In this document: in pieces, positions 45,918 to 56,560 of the stretch
Layout of the letters: each line of letters opens with the position of its first letter
Numbering within the stretch: the first letter of the stretch is position 1
NCBI GenBank assembly: GCA_034659475.1
Contig: JAYEHK010000155.1
Coordinates: 1,279-65,278 of the forward strand
DNA: 64,000 nt
Origin: Bacillota bacterium
Lineage (GTDB): Bacteria > Bacillota > Syntrophomonadia > Syntrophomonadales > Syntrophomonadaceae
Direction: 5' to 3'
Made by a program: the position numbers and the translations under genes
Notes under the pieces: model-generated
What the model saw: the letters and a program-made list of their open reading frames with translations, nothing else
Database searches by the model: none
Told to the model about the DNA's origin: nothing

Positions 45918-46200
45918 ACATTTGATTCCCCTGCAAAAACCCCCAATATTTCTGTTTGGATGTATAAATATTCTGGAAGCGTTGGCGGAGCATGGGAGCA
46001 ACACTCTGCGAAGACGAACGGAAAAAGGGGGCGAGCCCCACGGACGGGGCGAGAGGGCATCTGAACATGGACGTGAATTTGTCCTGTACCCCTTTTTCCG
46101 TTCGTCGAGTAGTTAGTGTTGCCCCATGCGGAGACTGCTGTAAGAATATTTATACATCCAAACTCACTAATATGACTTTCCGCAGGGGAATCACATTTGA
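45918..46200. repeat. Long imperfect palindrome (~280 bp; two ~130-bp arms head to head)
   Basis: Perfect 21-bp block GTTTGGATGTATAAATATTCT (45954-45974) versus 46143-46163. Further paired blocks are GCATGGG(A/-)GCAACACT, GACGAACGGAAAAAGGGG and ATTCCCCTGC. The mismatched blocks are of equal length. Confidence 0.8.
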
Positions 46201-46420
46201 ATTAAAAGCATGATCTCATTGTAGGCTTCTCCTAGAAATGGTAACCCATTAGGCGAAAATTAGCAAAATATTGCAGCCAAATCAATTTTCTTACTCCCCC
46301 CCACACCCAAAGGAAACAATCCCATATAGAAATAGATTAAGCGTATTGCATTTTATTTATGAATGAGACAAAATGAAACGCCCCCCTGTCTCATATTTTC
46401 GTACTAACCACTTCAACGTT

Positions 46421-46450
46421 CCAACTGTCCAACTAACCAACTTTCCAACT
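46421..46450 (+). repeat. CCAACT octamer-array element, copy 1
   Basis: CCAACTGTCCAACTAACCAACTTTCCAACT. The minus sense reads 4 tandem AGTTGGNN units. It ends 34 nt from the RND gene stop. Confidence 0.7.
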
Positions 46451-46483
46451 AATAACTCCGCTTATACTCAACCTATTTTCTTA

Positions 46484-49400
46484 CTACCCCTTAGGTCTCA
46501 ACTGGCAGTGCTTCTTTCCCCGATACAGATAGTAAAGAGAAGGAATCAATACCAGCGTAAGCATGGTTGAGTATAGTAATCCCCCGGCAATACATGTCGC
46601 CAGTGGCTTGAATAATAGATTATTCCCCAGTGCCAATGGCATTAAACCCAGAAACGACGTTCCGGCTGTAAGCAGAATGGGTCGTAAACGCTGGGCTCCT
46701 GCCTCTTGTATGGCATCCTGCAGATTCATCCCGTCACGCATCTTCTGCTCCATAAACTCCACCAGAATAACCCCATTCCTGACAACCACCCCGGCCAGAC
46801 TGATGACCCCCATCAGGGACATAAATCCCAGTGCGGTACGGGTCATAAACAGGCTGTACAGTGCACCGGAACTGCTTAGTAATACGGTAGTCATGATCAA
46901 CAAGGCCAGTACTAAGGAGTTAAACTGTACTGCCATGACCATAAGAATGAGCAGTATGACAACCATAAAGATCTTGCCAATCTCAATAAAGACTTCATTA
47001 CGCGCTTCATTTTCGCCGGCAAACTCAAAACTAAAACCCGGGTAATCGCTGACTGCTTCTTCAACCTCGGAAGCGACTGCGGCTTGAATTTGATCGGCTG
47101 TGGTTTTACCATCCAGATAAGCCCGAATCGTATTGCTGCGTTGATAATTGTCATGCGAAATTCTTTCAAATTCCAGATCTGTTACTGGGTAACCAACCGT
47201 ATCCAGCGCTACTGGATGCCTGATTTCATTAAACAATGTGATTCTAGAGAAGTCCTGACTTAACCCCTTCATTTCGCCCTGATATTTTAATCGAACATCC
47301 ATTAATTGGGTCCCATCATCCCACTCTCCAATCTTCAGACCTTCGCCATGCAGGCGCAGAGCCTCACTCACTTCCTGTCGGTTGACCTTATGCATATGCA
47401 TGGCCTGACGCTGAGGCATAAAAACCAGCGCAGGCACAGATTGTCCCAGATTGTCATTGACACTCAAAACCCCAGGTTGGGATAGGAGCAGCTGGCGCAT
47501 CCTATCGCTTACGTCCTGTAAGTCATCCAGCGAATCACCGGTAACTTTAATCGCCAATGGCGCCCCTGTCGGCGGTCCCGATTCAACCACGGAAAGTGTA
47601 AATCGGGCAAGGGGAAATGTTTTATCCAGTTCGTGACTTAACTCGTCTTTGACCTGACGTGCCTTTTCTTTTTCCCGATCTACAAACACCAGCATATTGG
47701 CACTATTGGGTCCAACGGGACCGGCACTGCTCATCCCAAATATTCGCGGCACTGATGTCGCGTAATACGTGTTCACCTCTCTGATGCCTGGCTTTTGCCG
47801 TATGTAGTTTTCAATCTCATCAACAGTCTCCATGGTCGATTTCAGTGAACTGGACTGGGGCAGTTCGATCTCTGCAAAGATCTCCTCCCTGTCTACGTCG
47901 GGGAAATATTCAAGCGGTATGAACGGAATCAGCGCATAAGCCAACAGGCTAAGCACCAAACAGCATACTGCAGAACGCCAGGGATGATGAATGATTCGGG
48001 GCAGTAGATGGACTGCGTAATATGCCTGCCATCGGCTGATAGGCTGATCCAGCCAACCGCTTTTCCGATTCTGATTTCCCTTTTGCAAGCACTGCTCCAA
48101 AACATAGCGATACACCGGGGTAACAAACAGGGCTGCCAGCGTTGATGCTATGATCGTTGCAACGATAACAACCGGCAATGGGCGGATAAAACCACCCGAT
48201 CCTCCTGATAACAAACACAATGGCAGAAAGGTAAAGATTACGATCAGGGTAGAAGTAATAACCGAAGTGGCAACTCCTCGCGTCCCCTTTAAGATGGATT
48301 CACGAACCCCAAGACCCTGTATACGGTAACGGGTAATATTCTCATTCACCACAATGGCATCATCAACCAGGATACCTAAAACGATAATAAAGGCGATCAA
48401 GGTGATCTGGTTCATATCCACCCCTGCCAATGGAAGCATGATAATGCCGCCGCATAAGGCCAGGGGAATGGTTAATGCGACCCCCACAGAGGTATAGCGG
48501 TTTAACCCTGCCGAGGAAACCAGCGCTACGCATAACATGGCCAATAAAAACGCAATCCCCAGATCATGAAACATTTTTGTTATCGGGTCGGCCTGGGTGT
48601 AAATCTGAACGATCTCAACCCCTGCCGGCAGCACCTTTTCCATCTGCTCTATAAGGCTGGAAATATCCCGATCCACCTTCAGCAGATCTACATCCGAGCT
48701 GGCAAAAAAGCTAACCGAGACAGCCGGTTTACCCTGGTAGGTTACCCTCTCTCCATCAGGTGCAGGCGTTTCGGTTACCGAGGCAATATCACCCACCCGC
48801 AGCACAGTATTTCCATCACCAGCAGATAACGGCAGATCAAGCAGATCTGCTGCATCTACTGTCTGATCCAGCGCCCATCGGTACACCACACCATCCATAT
48901 CCCACTTCCCCGGCGGCGCGGGTCTGATTTCTGTTTGTAGCTGGCGGATAAGCTGTGAGGGTGAAAGCCCTGCAGCAGCCATGCGAGCTGGATCTGCTTC
49001 CAATAAGACTTCATGCGCTTGCAATCCCTGTATATGCACCTGTGATACACCAGGCAACTGACGAAAAGCAATCTCCCATTTTTCCAGAAAAGCATCCAAT
49101 TGAGTCAGATCACCCTCCTGTTCAGCGACCAACTGGTAGATGGAAACCCCCTGCATCCGCAGGTCACTGTCCATGGAAGGCAACTGAACGCCATCAGGAA
49201 ACTCCGCCGTTGCCTGACTCATCTTTTGCTGCACCTGGTTCCAAAGTTTTTCTTTATCCCGGGTTGATTTTGCAGTGACTGTAATGACGGATACCCCCGC
49301 CTGTGAATTGGAGGTGATCTCCTCTATTCCGCTTACGGCAGCAATGGATTCTTCTAATTTCCCTGTCACATACTGTTCGACCTGACGGGCAGTTGCCCCC

Positions 49401-49549
49401 GGATACACGGTTGTAATAATTGCTACTGGATGGTCAATTACAGGAACCTCTCTCCGCGGCAGCTGATACAGGGTAATCAACCCCATGGCAATCACCAGCA
49501 TAACCGCCAGCCATACGATCAGCCGACGCTTCAATACTTGTTCCAGCAT
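46484..49549 (-). CDS. RND (AcrB/AcrD/AcrF family) efflux permease
   Basis: 1021 aa, 12 TM helices with two large loops, typical N-terminus (RRLIVWLAVMLVIAMGLITLYQLPRREVP). Confidence 0.9.
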   Translation of the reverse strand: MLEQVLKRRLIVWLAVMLVIAMGLITLYQLPRREVPVIDHPVAIITTVYPGATARQVEQYVTGKLEESIAAVSGIEEITSNSQAGVSVITVTAKSTRDKEKLWNQVQQKMSQATAEFPDGVQLPSMDSDLRMQGVSIYQLVAEQEGDLTQLDAFLEKWEIAFRQLPGVSQVHIQGLQAHEVLLEADPARMAAAGLSPSQLIRQLQTEIRPAPPGKWDMDGVVYRWALDQTVDAADLLDLPLSAGDGNTVLRVGDIASVTETPAPDGERVTYQGKPAVSVSFFASSDVDLLKVDRDISSLIEQMEKVLPAGVEIVQIYTQADPITKMFHDLGIAFLLAMLCVALVSSAGLNRYTSVGVALTIPLALCGGIIMLPLAGVDMNQITLIAFIIVLGILVDDAIVVNENITRYRIQGLGVRESILKGTRGVATSVITSTLIVIFTFLPLCLLSGGSGGFIRPLPVVIVATIIASTLAALFVTPVYRYVLEQCLQKGNQNRKSGWLDQPISRWQAYYAVHLLPRIIHHPWRSAVCCLVLSLLAYALIPFIPLEYFPDVDREEIFAEIELPQSSSLKSTMETVDEIENYIRQKPGIREVNTYYATSVPRIFGMSSAGPVGPNSANMLVFVDREKEKARQVKDELSHELDKTFPLARFTLSVVESGPPTGAPLAIKVTGDSLDDLQDVSDRMRQLLLSQPGVLSVNDNLGQSVPALVFMPQRQAMHMHKVNRQEVSEALRLHGEGLKIGEWDDGTQLMDVRLKYQGEMKGLSQDFSRITLFNEIRHPVALDTVGYPVTDLEFERISHDNYQRSNTIRAYLDGKTTADQIQAAVASEVEEAVSDYPGFSFEFAGENEARNEVFIEIGKIFMVVILLILMVMAVQFNSLVLALLIMTTVLLSSSGALYSLFMTRTALGFMSLMGVISLAGVVVRNGVILVEFMEQKMRDGMNLQDAIQEAGAQRLRPILLTAGTSFLGLMPLALGNNLLFKPLATCIAGGLLYSTMLTLVLIPSLYYLYRGKKHCQLRPKG

Positions 49550-49552
49550 AGA

Positions 49553-50653
49553 TTAAAGACCTTCCTTTACGATAACTGCTTCCCCATCCCGCAGACGGTG
49601 CAGTCCACCCGTTACAACAAGACTTCCTTCGTCTACCCCTGATACCACTACCCTTGACCCTTCCGCTGCGCCTAATGCTACCTTCTGTCGATAGGCTTTT
49701 TGATCCTTAATTACATATACATAGGGATCTTCACCCCCGCCAATCGCTTCTATTGGCACCAACACCTTTGCGTCGCTTTCCAGCAAGAACTTTACCTCTG
49801 CAAAAGAACCCGGGCTCCAGTCCAGTTCAGGATTATCCACCCGTATTTTAATGACAATTCTTTCTGTTCCTGGCTGTGAAACTGTGTTTATGTTCTCAAT
49901 CATCGCCAGTCTAACCTCTCCCCGATATTCCACCTGCAGGCTGTCCCCTTCCTGCCATCCGTTCATTTCCTCCCGAGGAACCGCCAGATCCATAACGAGA
50001 TGATCCCGCTTGCCAGCTCTGAATACCATTTGTCCTGCATTGACGTACTGTCCTATTTGCACCATATTCTCTGCCAGCCAGAGGGTATCATCCGCCTTTA
50101 ACGCAGCATTATCTATATTCAGACGGCTCTCTTCTTGTCTGACCAATGCTTGGTCAAGCCGAAGCTGGGTCTGGTTCATATCGTTTGCCAGCAATGCTAA
50201 ATCCAGCTCCATTTGTTGCAACGCGTCTTGTGATATGGCGCCCTCTTCAAAAAGCAGTTGCTGTTTGGCAATCGTTCCCTGGTCCTTTTGATGGCTTTCC
50301 TTTACTTTTTCATATTGAAGCTGCGCCAGGGCCACCTCCTGATCAGCACTTTCCATCGCCAGAGAAGTCGTCTGGTTTTCAATTAGGACCAGGGTATCTC
50401 CATTCATCACCTTATCCCCTGCCTGATGATAAAAATGGCGTACATATCCGGGCATCTGGGCACAGATATACTGCTCTTCATCAAGCTCCATTACCACGTC
50501 ATAAACCTTTTTCACCGATATTTCCTGTTTCTTTACTTTCTCAACGGTTACCGTCGGTCGCATATCATTACTCGCTGCCTCCTGGCCTGGTGCACAACCT
50601 CCTGCGCAGAGCAAAAGCAGCACAACTGCCAGAACCCCTATTCTCGTTTGCAT
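49553..50653 (-). CDS. Efflux RND periplasmic adaptor (membrane fusion protein), lipoprotein
   Basis: LLLLCAGGCAPG lipobox, coiled-coil hairpin and beta-barrel regions. It ends 4 nt before the RND permease gene. Confidence 0.85.
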   Translation of the reverse strand: MQTRIGVLAVVLLLLCAGGCAPGQEAASNDMRPTVTVEKVKKQEISVKKVYDVVMELDEEQYICAQMPGYVRHFYHQAGDKVMNGDTLVLIENQTTSLAMESADQEVALAQLQYEKVKESHQKDQGTIAKQQLLFEEGAISQDALQQMELDLALLANDMNQTQLRLDQALVRQEESRLNIDNAALKADDTLWLAENMVQIGQYVNAGQMVFRAGKRDHLVMDLAVPREEMNGWQEGDSLQVEYRGEVRLAMIENINTVSQPGTERIVIKIRVDNPELDWSPGSFAEVKFLLESDAKVLVPIEAIGGGEDPYVYVIKDQKAYRQKVALGAAEGSRVVVSGVDEGSLVVTGGLHRLRDGEAVIVKEGL

Positions 50654-50854
50654 TCTATTCCTCCCTAGGCCTTACGCCTCGCCTCTTCTTTCTTTTAAGA
50701 ATACTATAAGTCAGTTAATAAGATCTGCAAAGGTATATTTTGGTATTGTTCCGCACACTGCCTTTTTAAATCATCTCATCCAGGGGTATGCAAATTCATC
50801 AGCATTCAGAATTAACCATCAATGGCCGCACGACACAACCACCGATGAAAATAA

Positions 50855-50928
50855 GTGAGGAGTGAGGCGTTAGGAGTCAGGCGCTATGCGCCAGGCATTG
50901 CCCTTACTCCTCACCCCTGACCCCTTAC
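50855..50928. repeat. Heptamer-array hairpin, copy A: (GTNAGGN)4 - GC mini-palindrome - (NCCTNAC)4
   Basis: GTGAGGA GTGAGGC GTTAGGA GTCAGGC, then GGCGCTATGCGCC, then CCCTTAC TCCTCAC CCCTGAC CCCTTAC. Confidence 0.8.
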
Positions 50929-50935
50929 AAAAAAG

Positions 50936-51068
50936 GTCTGCGTCCTTAATCACGACCGAAAGGGAGTATCGGTTGTACCCGTAGTGTGCGAAAGTTCAGA
51001 AAGTCTGCGTCGTCAGCATCCTTAATAGTGACCGCAGGGAACATCAGTGGTACCCGTAAGGGTGCGTC
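50936..51068 (+). repeat. Two imperfect tandem ~55-65-bp repeats (GTCTGCGTC...CCTTAAT...GACCG...GTACCCGTA..GTGCG)
   Basis: Unit 1 is 50936-50990 and unit 2 is 51002-51066, aligned by eye. Unit 2 has a 9-nt insertion (GTCAGCATC). Confidence 0.6.
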
Positions 51069-51114
51069 TATTAAAAAGCTATTTTCTAATTAATTACCAT
51101 AGTGTATACATAGT

Positions 51115-51143
51115 CAAAAAGGCTCCCGCTATGCGGGAGCCTT
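51115..51143 (-). terminator. Rho-independent terminator after the esterase gene
   Basis: Minus strand AAGGCTCCCGC-ATA-GCGGGAGCCTT followed by TTTTGAC. Confidence 0.7.
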
Positions 51144-51226
51144 TAGTTCTTTATTATGTAATCCGTCTCATTCAATCCTTATATCTTCTTTAACCATTAG
51201 TTGTAAGCAGCACAGGTTTAAAGCCC

Positions 51227-52027
51227 TCACTCCTGACCCTTTTTCTTAATGATTCCATCATTGTTTTCCGCGCAAACCCTGGTCATAAACGCAACGATTT
51301 CAGCTGCTATTTTATCCTTTTCGGGCCCCATGGTGGCAACATGTTCAGACATCTCTAATTCTACTTTTTTAGCCTGAACGGCACCGATCTTTTCCATCAA
51401 AAAATCAGCACTTTTGGGATTTACGGATTCATCTTTCAGAGACTGTATAACAAGAAGCGGCACCCTGATTTCACATAGTTCATCAACCAACCGATGTCGA
51501 AGGCTCAACATGCTTTGAAAGGCTTTCACCGGTATAACTTCATAAGCAAAACGGCCCTGATCAGCCAGTTCCCGCAGCTTTACAAGACCTTTTTTTAAAA
51601 AATACGGTTTAACAACCCGCATCACAGGAGCAGATACGCTTAACAATGGATGATTGTTATATATAGGCGCATTTATGGTAACTATTCCATTAATTCCTTC
51701 GATTTGATCAGCAGCATGAAGCGCCAACAGTGCCCCCATAGAAAAGCCGACAACAAACACCCTGGCATAATTCTCACGAAGATAATTAACTTCTGTATTG
51801 ACAGCTCCATACCAGTCTTCCCAGGTTGTATCCTTCAAATATTTCGGGTTTGAACCATGACCCGGTAGAAGCAATCCGCTTACAGAACATTGCGTCATTT
51901 CATGGACAAGCTTTGCCACCGGATATACTTCTGAAGGGGAAGCGGTGAAACCATGAATAAATAGCAGTGCAATATCTTTGTTTCCTTGTAAAAAAAAAGG
52001 CTCGGCCTGCGGGTAAATGTATATCAT
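51227..52027 (-). CDS. Alpha/beta-hydrolase carboxylesterase (YvaK/Est-like)
   Basis: HGFTASPSEV, nucleophile elbow GFSMGA, 266 aa. GGGAGG RBS before MIYIYPQ. It sits in the same position as yvaK in the B. subtilis secG-yvaK-rnr-smpB-ssrA block. Confidence 0.85.
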   Translation of the reverse strand: MIYIYPQAEPFFLQGNKDIALLFIHGFTASPSEVYPVAKLVHEMTQCSVSGLLLPGHGSNPKYLKDTTWEDWYGAVNTEVNYLRENYARVFVVGFSMGALLALHAADQIEGINGIVTINAPIYNNHPLLSVSAPVMRVVKPYFLKKGLVKLRELADQGRFAYEVIPVKAFQSMLSLRHRLVDELCEIRVPLLVIQSLKDESVNPKSADFLMEKIGAVQAKKVELEMSEHVATMGPEKDKIAAEIVAFMTRVCAENNDGIIKKKGQE

Positions 52028-52137
52028 GATTTCCTCCCTTATACTGTACACGATATTTTTCCTCTAAATCGTTACTATCATAATCCTAATTCAAAACTAC
52101 TCTTCTATCTAGTGTTTTTGAAAAAATAAATTAATAT

Positions 52138-52271
52138 GGTTACTACTCAGCCGTGTTAATCCGTGTCTATTCTTTCCAACTTACCAACTAACCAACTGAC
52201 CAACTTTATGCCGCATAATCCGTCAACTGTCGAAACTTGAGTTATTATTTTGTCAATGGCTGAGTAGTAAC
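52138..52271 (+). repeat. CCAACT octamer-array element, copy 2, bounded by 14-bp inverted repeats
   Basis: GTTACTACTCAGCC (52139-52152) versus GGCTGAGTAGTAAC (52258-52271). The core CCAACTTACCAACTAACCAACTGACCAACTTT (52176-52207) is followed by ATGCCGCATAATCCGTCAACTGT, as in copy 3. Confidence 0.8.
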
Positions 52272-52320
52272 TTAATATGAACCAGACAAATAAGCAATTT
52301 ATTTTTTATTCCCAGAAAAT

Positions 52321-52353
52321 AGAAAAAGCAGGTGGCTAAGCCACCTGCTTTTT
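52321..52353 (-). terminator. Rho-independent terminator after hppA
   Basis: Minus strand AGCAGGTGGC-TTA-GCCACCTGCT followed by TTTTTCTATTTTC. Confidence 0.75.
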
Positions 52354-52362
52354 AAATACTAA

Positions 52363-54372
52363 TTATTTAATAAGTAACTGGGATACGAACACCAATGATA
52401 CGATGGTCATAAGCTTCAGCAAAATGTTCAGTGAAGGACCAGCGGTATCCTTACAAGGATCGCCAACAGTGTCACCTTCAATAGCAGCTGCATGAGCCGG
52501 ACTATGTTTTCCGCCATATGCACCAGTAGTTTCGATGTATTTTTTAGCATTGTCCCATGCTCCACCTGCGTTAGCCAGCATGATCGCCAGACAAACACCA
52601 GATACGATAGCACCAGACAGCATTCCAGCCAGCGCTTCAGCGCCTAGCCCAACGCCAACAATAACCGGAACAACGATAGCCATCAGACCAGGCATAACCA
52701 TTTCTTTAATGGCAGCTTTAGTACTGATTTCAACACATTTAGTATAGTCTGCAGTTGCTTTTCCTTCCAGCAAACCTTTAATTTCTCTGAATTGTCTTCT
52801 TACTTCTTCAACCATTTCTCCGGCTGCTCTGCCAACAGCACCCATGGTCATAGCACAGAATAAGAAAGGCAGCATACCACCAATCAGCAGACCAACAATA
52901 ACGAGAGGATTCAGGATATCAACAGACTTCAATCCTACGACCTCGGCAAAGGCAGTTAAAAGAGCCAGTGCAGTCAGCGCAGCAGAACCTATAGCAAATC
53001 CTTTACCAATCGCAGCAGTAGTGTTTCCAACGCCATCAAGTTTATCCGTAGTTGCTCTAACTGATTCGTCTAATTCCGGAGTCATTTCAGCAATACCACC
53101 AGCATTATCAGCAATAGGACCATAAGCATCAACGGCAACAACCATTCCTGTGGTTGCCAGCATTCCTACAGCAGCCATAGCAATACCATAAAGACCAGCC
53201 AACTTAAAGGCGATAAGGGTAGCTGCACATATCAGCAGAATAGGAATAGCGGTTGAAAACATTCCAACACCCAGACCAGCAATAATAACAGTAGCCGGAC
53301 CGGTTTGAGTTGCTTCAGCAATAGACCGCGTCGGTTTATATGCATCAGAAGTATAGTACTGGGTAACAAAACCAATGATGGTTCCTGCAACCAGACCACT
53401 GACAATAGCTCCAAATACGCCGATCCCAATCTCAGGAGCGAGCAACTTGGTGCTGGCAAAATAAGCGAAGATAAGTAATATAATCGCTGAACCTACAGTC
53501 CCTTTGTTAAGTGCTACTAATGGATCAGAATCTTCTTTGGTCTTAACAAAAAATGTTCCGATAATAGAAGCAAGGATACCGCCTGCAGCAATAATCATAG
53601 GTAATAAAACGCCGCCCATTCCCAGGGTTGCCATACCTACAGCGCCCAGGGTCATAGCAGCAATAATTGAACCAACATAGGATTCAAACAGGTCAGAACC
53701 CATCCCAGCAACGTCACCAACATTGTCACCAACATTGTCAGCGATCGTAGCAGGGTTTCTGGGATCATCTTCAGGAAGACCCGCTTCAACCTTACCAACC
53801 AGGTCAGCTCCAACATCAGCAGCCTTGGTGTATATTCCACCACCAACACGACCGAATAAGGCAATAGAACTACCACCCAGAGCAAAACCATTTACAACCG
53901 TAGGATCCTCAAAGATTATGTAGAGAATACCTAATCCTAAAAGTCCTAAACCGGAAACAGACATTCCCATTACAGCTCCACCTGAAAACGCTACTTCTAA
54001 GGCACCGTTTAAAGATGTTCTGGCTGCATTAGTTGTTCTGACATTAGCTTTGGTTGCAACTTTCATGCCTATGAATCCAGCTAAAGCTGAACATATGGCA
54101 CCAGCTAAAAAGCATATTGCTGTCTGCCAGGAAACAAATAGTCCAACAATTACAAAAACAATAACAACAAATACACTGATTGCAGTATATTGTCTCTTCA
54201 AAAAGGCCATAGCGCCTTCGGAAATATAACCTGAAATCTCAACCATTTTCTCTGTTCCGGGGTCGGCTTTGTTAACTTTTCCTGCCAGGAACAATGCAAA
54301 AAGCAACGCAATCGCACCGCCTGCGGGCGCAAATGCTACTAAGCTTTGCAGATTCTCCATAATAACAAACAT
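52363..54372 (-). CDS. hppA: Membrane-integral pyrophosphate-energised ion pump
   Basis: 669 aa, about 16 TM helices, motifs [19 protein letters not shown] and DNVGDNVGD. The true start may be the ATG at 54360 (MENLQSL). Confidence 0.95.
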   Translation of the reverse strand: MFVIMENLQSLVAFAPAGGAIALLFALFLAGKVNKADPGTEKMVEISGYISEGAMAFLKRQYTAISVFVVIVFVIVGLFVSWQTAICFLAGAICSALAGFIGMKVATKANVRTTNAARTSLNGALEVAFSGGAVMGMSVSGLGLLGLGILYIIFEDPTVVNGFALGGSSIALFGRVGGGIYTKAADVGADLVGKVEAGLPEDDPRNPATIADNVGDNVGDVAGMGSDLFESYVGSIIAAMTLGAVGMATLGMGGVLLPMIIAAGGILASIIGTFFVKTKEDSDPLVALNKGTVGSAIILLIFAYFASTKLLAPEIGIGVFGAIVSGLVAGTIIGFVTQYYTSDAYKPTRSIAEATQTGPATVIIAGLGVGMFSTAIPILLICAATLIAFKLAGLYGIAMAAVGMLATTGMVVAVDAYGPIADNAGGIAEMTPELDESVRATTDKLDGVGNTTAAIGKGFAIGSAALTALALLTAFAEVVGLKSVDILNPLVIVGLLIGGMLPFLFCAMTMGAVGRAAGEMVEEVRRQFREIKGLLEGKATADYTKCVEISTKAAIKEMVMPGLMAIVVPVIVGVGLGAEALAGMLSGAIVSGVCLAIMLANAGGAWDNAKKYIETTGAYGGKHSPAHAAAIEGDTVGDPCKDTAGPSLNILLKLMTIVSLVFVSQLLIK

Positions 54373-54439
54373 CTCCTCATTATTATTGTGAAAAAATTAA
54401 AATAGTGGCCTGCATGCAGATATTCTATTTCTCTATCAT

Positions 54440-54664
54440 CTAAAGCAGTGCCAAAAGCAAGGTTAGTACGACAAATCCAGCTGACAGATATGCAGTAATT
54501 TTAGCCAGCAGATCATCGACTCCTTTCTTCTTTCCAAAAAGTGCTTCGCTACCACCAGCAATACTACCTGATAAACCTGCACTCTTACCTGACTGTAACA
54601 AAATTGTTGAAATGAGCCCGAGTGCACACAGAACCTGTAGCACGAGCACTATTGTTTTGACCAC
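54440..54664 (-). CDS. secG: Preprotein translocase subunit SecG
   Basis: 74 aa, two TM helices, LLQSGKSAGLSGSIAGG motif. Confidence 0.9.
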   Translation of the reverse strand: MVKTIVLVLQVLCALGLISTILLQSGKSAGLSGSIAGGSEALFGKKKGVDDLLAKITAYLSAGFVVLTLLLALL

Positions 54665-54750
54665 CTTTTAACCTCCTTTCATCAACGAAGCTTCCCGAAA
54701 GCCGCAGTATATTTTACCACAATAGTACGTCGGGATACAACCCCGATCCC

Positions 54751-56070
<1,320 letters not shown>

Positions 56071-56211
56071 TTACTCATAGTTTCACACTTCAAGGATTAT
56101 GCGTCATAAGAACAGGAACAGAAGGGGACAAGCTGTGTCTGACCCCAACAATGTTCTATTGGGACTCTGCGTATCTAGATAATTGTGTGGTAACGCCGCA
56201 TGAAGGGAGCC

Positions 56212-56277
56212 AGGCTCCTAACTTATTCGCAATACGTAATAGAAACTAGTTTTATTTTCTGAATAAGTTAAGAGCCT
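56212..56277. repeat. 17-bp inverted repeat (AGGCTCCTAACTTATTC / GAATAAGTTAAGAGCCT) in the gpmI-eno spacer
   Basis: One G/A difference (G-U in RNA) and a 32-nt loop. Confidence 0.7.
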
Positions 56278-56352
56278 AGCACCTTTTTGGCTTTTGGAGT
56301 CTGTTTCCGTTCTCACGCTGATCCGCTCCGCAGCAGGGATTAACCTAGCTTT

Positions 56353-56435
56353 GGTAAGGGGTTAAAGGTTAGGGGGTTAGACGCTTCGCGTCAAACATTT
56401 TCCTCACCCCTCACTCCTAACTCCTTACTCCTTAT
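56353..56435. repeat. Heptamer-array hairpin, copy B
   Basis: GTAAGGG GTTAAAG GTTAGGG G.., then GACGCTTCGCGTC, then TCCTCAC CCCTCAC TCCTAAC TCCTTAC TCCTTAT. Confidence 0.8.
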
Positions 56436-56492
56436 TGAAATAGTCTGCCGTGTAAAGGGGGGAGATTATATTGATATCCCCTCTGAACCGTT

Positions 56493-56524
56493 CCAACTTT
56501 CCAACTAACCAACTGTCCAACTTT
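56493..56524 (+). repeat. CCAACT octamer-array element, copy 3
   Basis: CCAACTTTCCAACTAACCAACTGTCCAACTTT followed by ATGACGCATTATCTGTCTACT. It ends 37 nt from the gpmI stop. Confidence 0.7.
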
Positions 56525-56560
56525 ATGACGCATTATCTGTCTACTATGTCATTTGACTTC

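Noticed and set aside
45874-46570. ORFs 45874-46116(+), 45880-46068(-), 45992-46213(+) and 46373-46570(+); also 56471-56947(+)
   Set aside because: They run through the palindrome or the CCAACT repeats (giving PTNQLTNFPTN-type repeats) or antisense to gpmI. The mirror-image ORFs on both strands are the signature of the inverted repeat, not of coding.
50936-51068. The tandem repeat as a tandem riboswitch (glycine, guanidine-II or similar) controlling the RND pump
   Set aside because: No conserved loops of those classes are present (no ACGR tetraloop hairpins, no glycine-aptamer cores). The units do not fold into a shared hairpin with compensatory changes. The best promoter candidate lies downstream of them.
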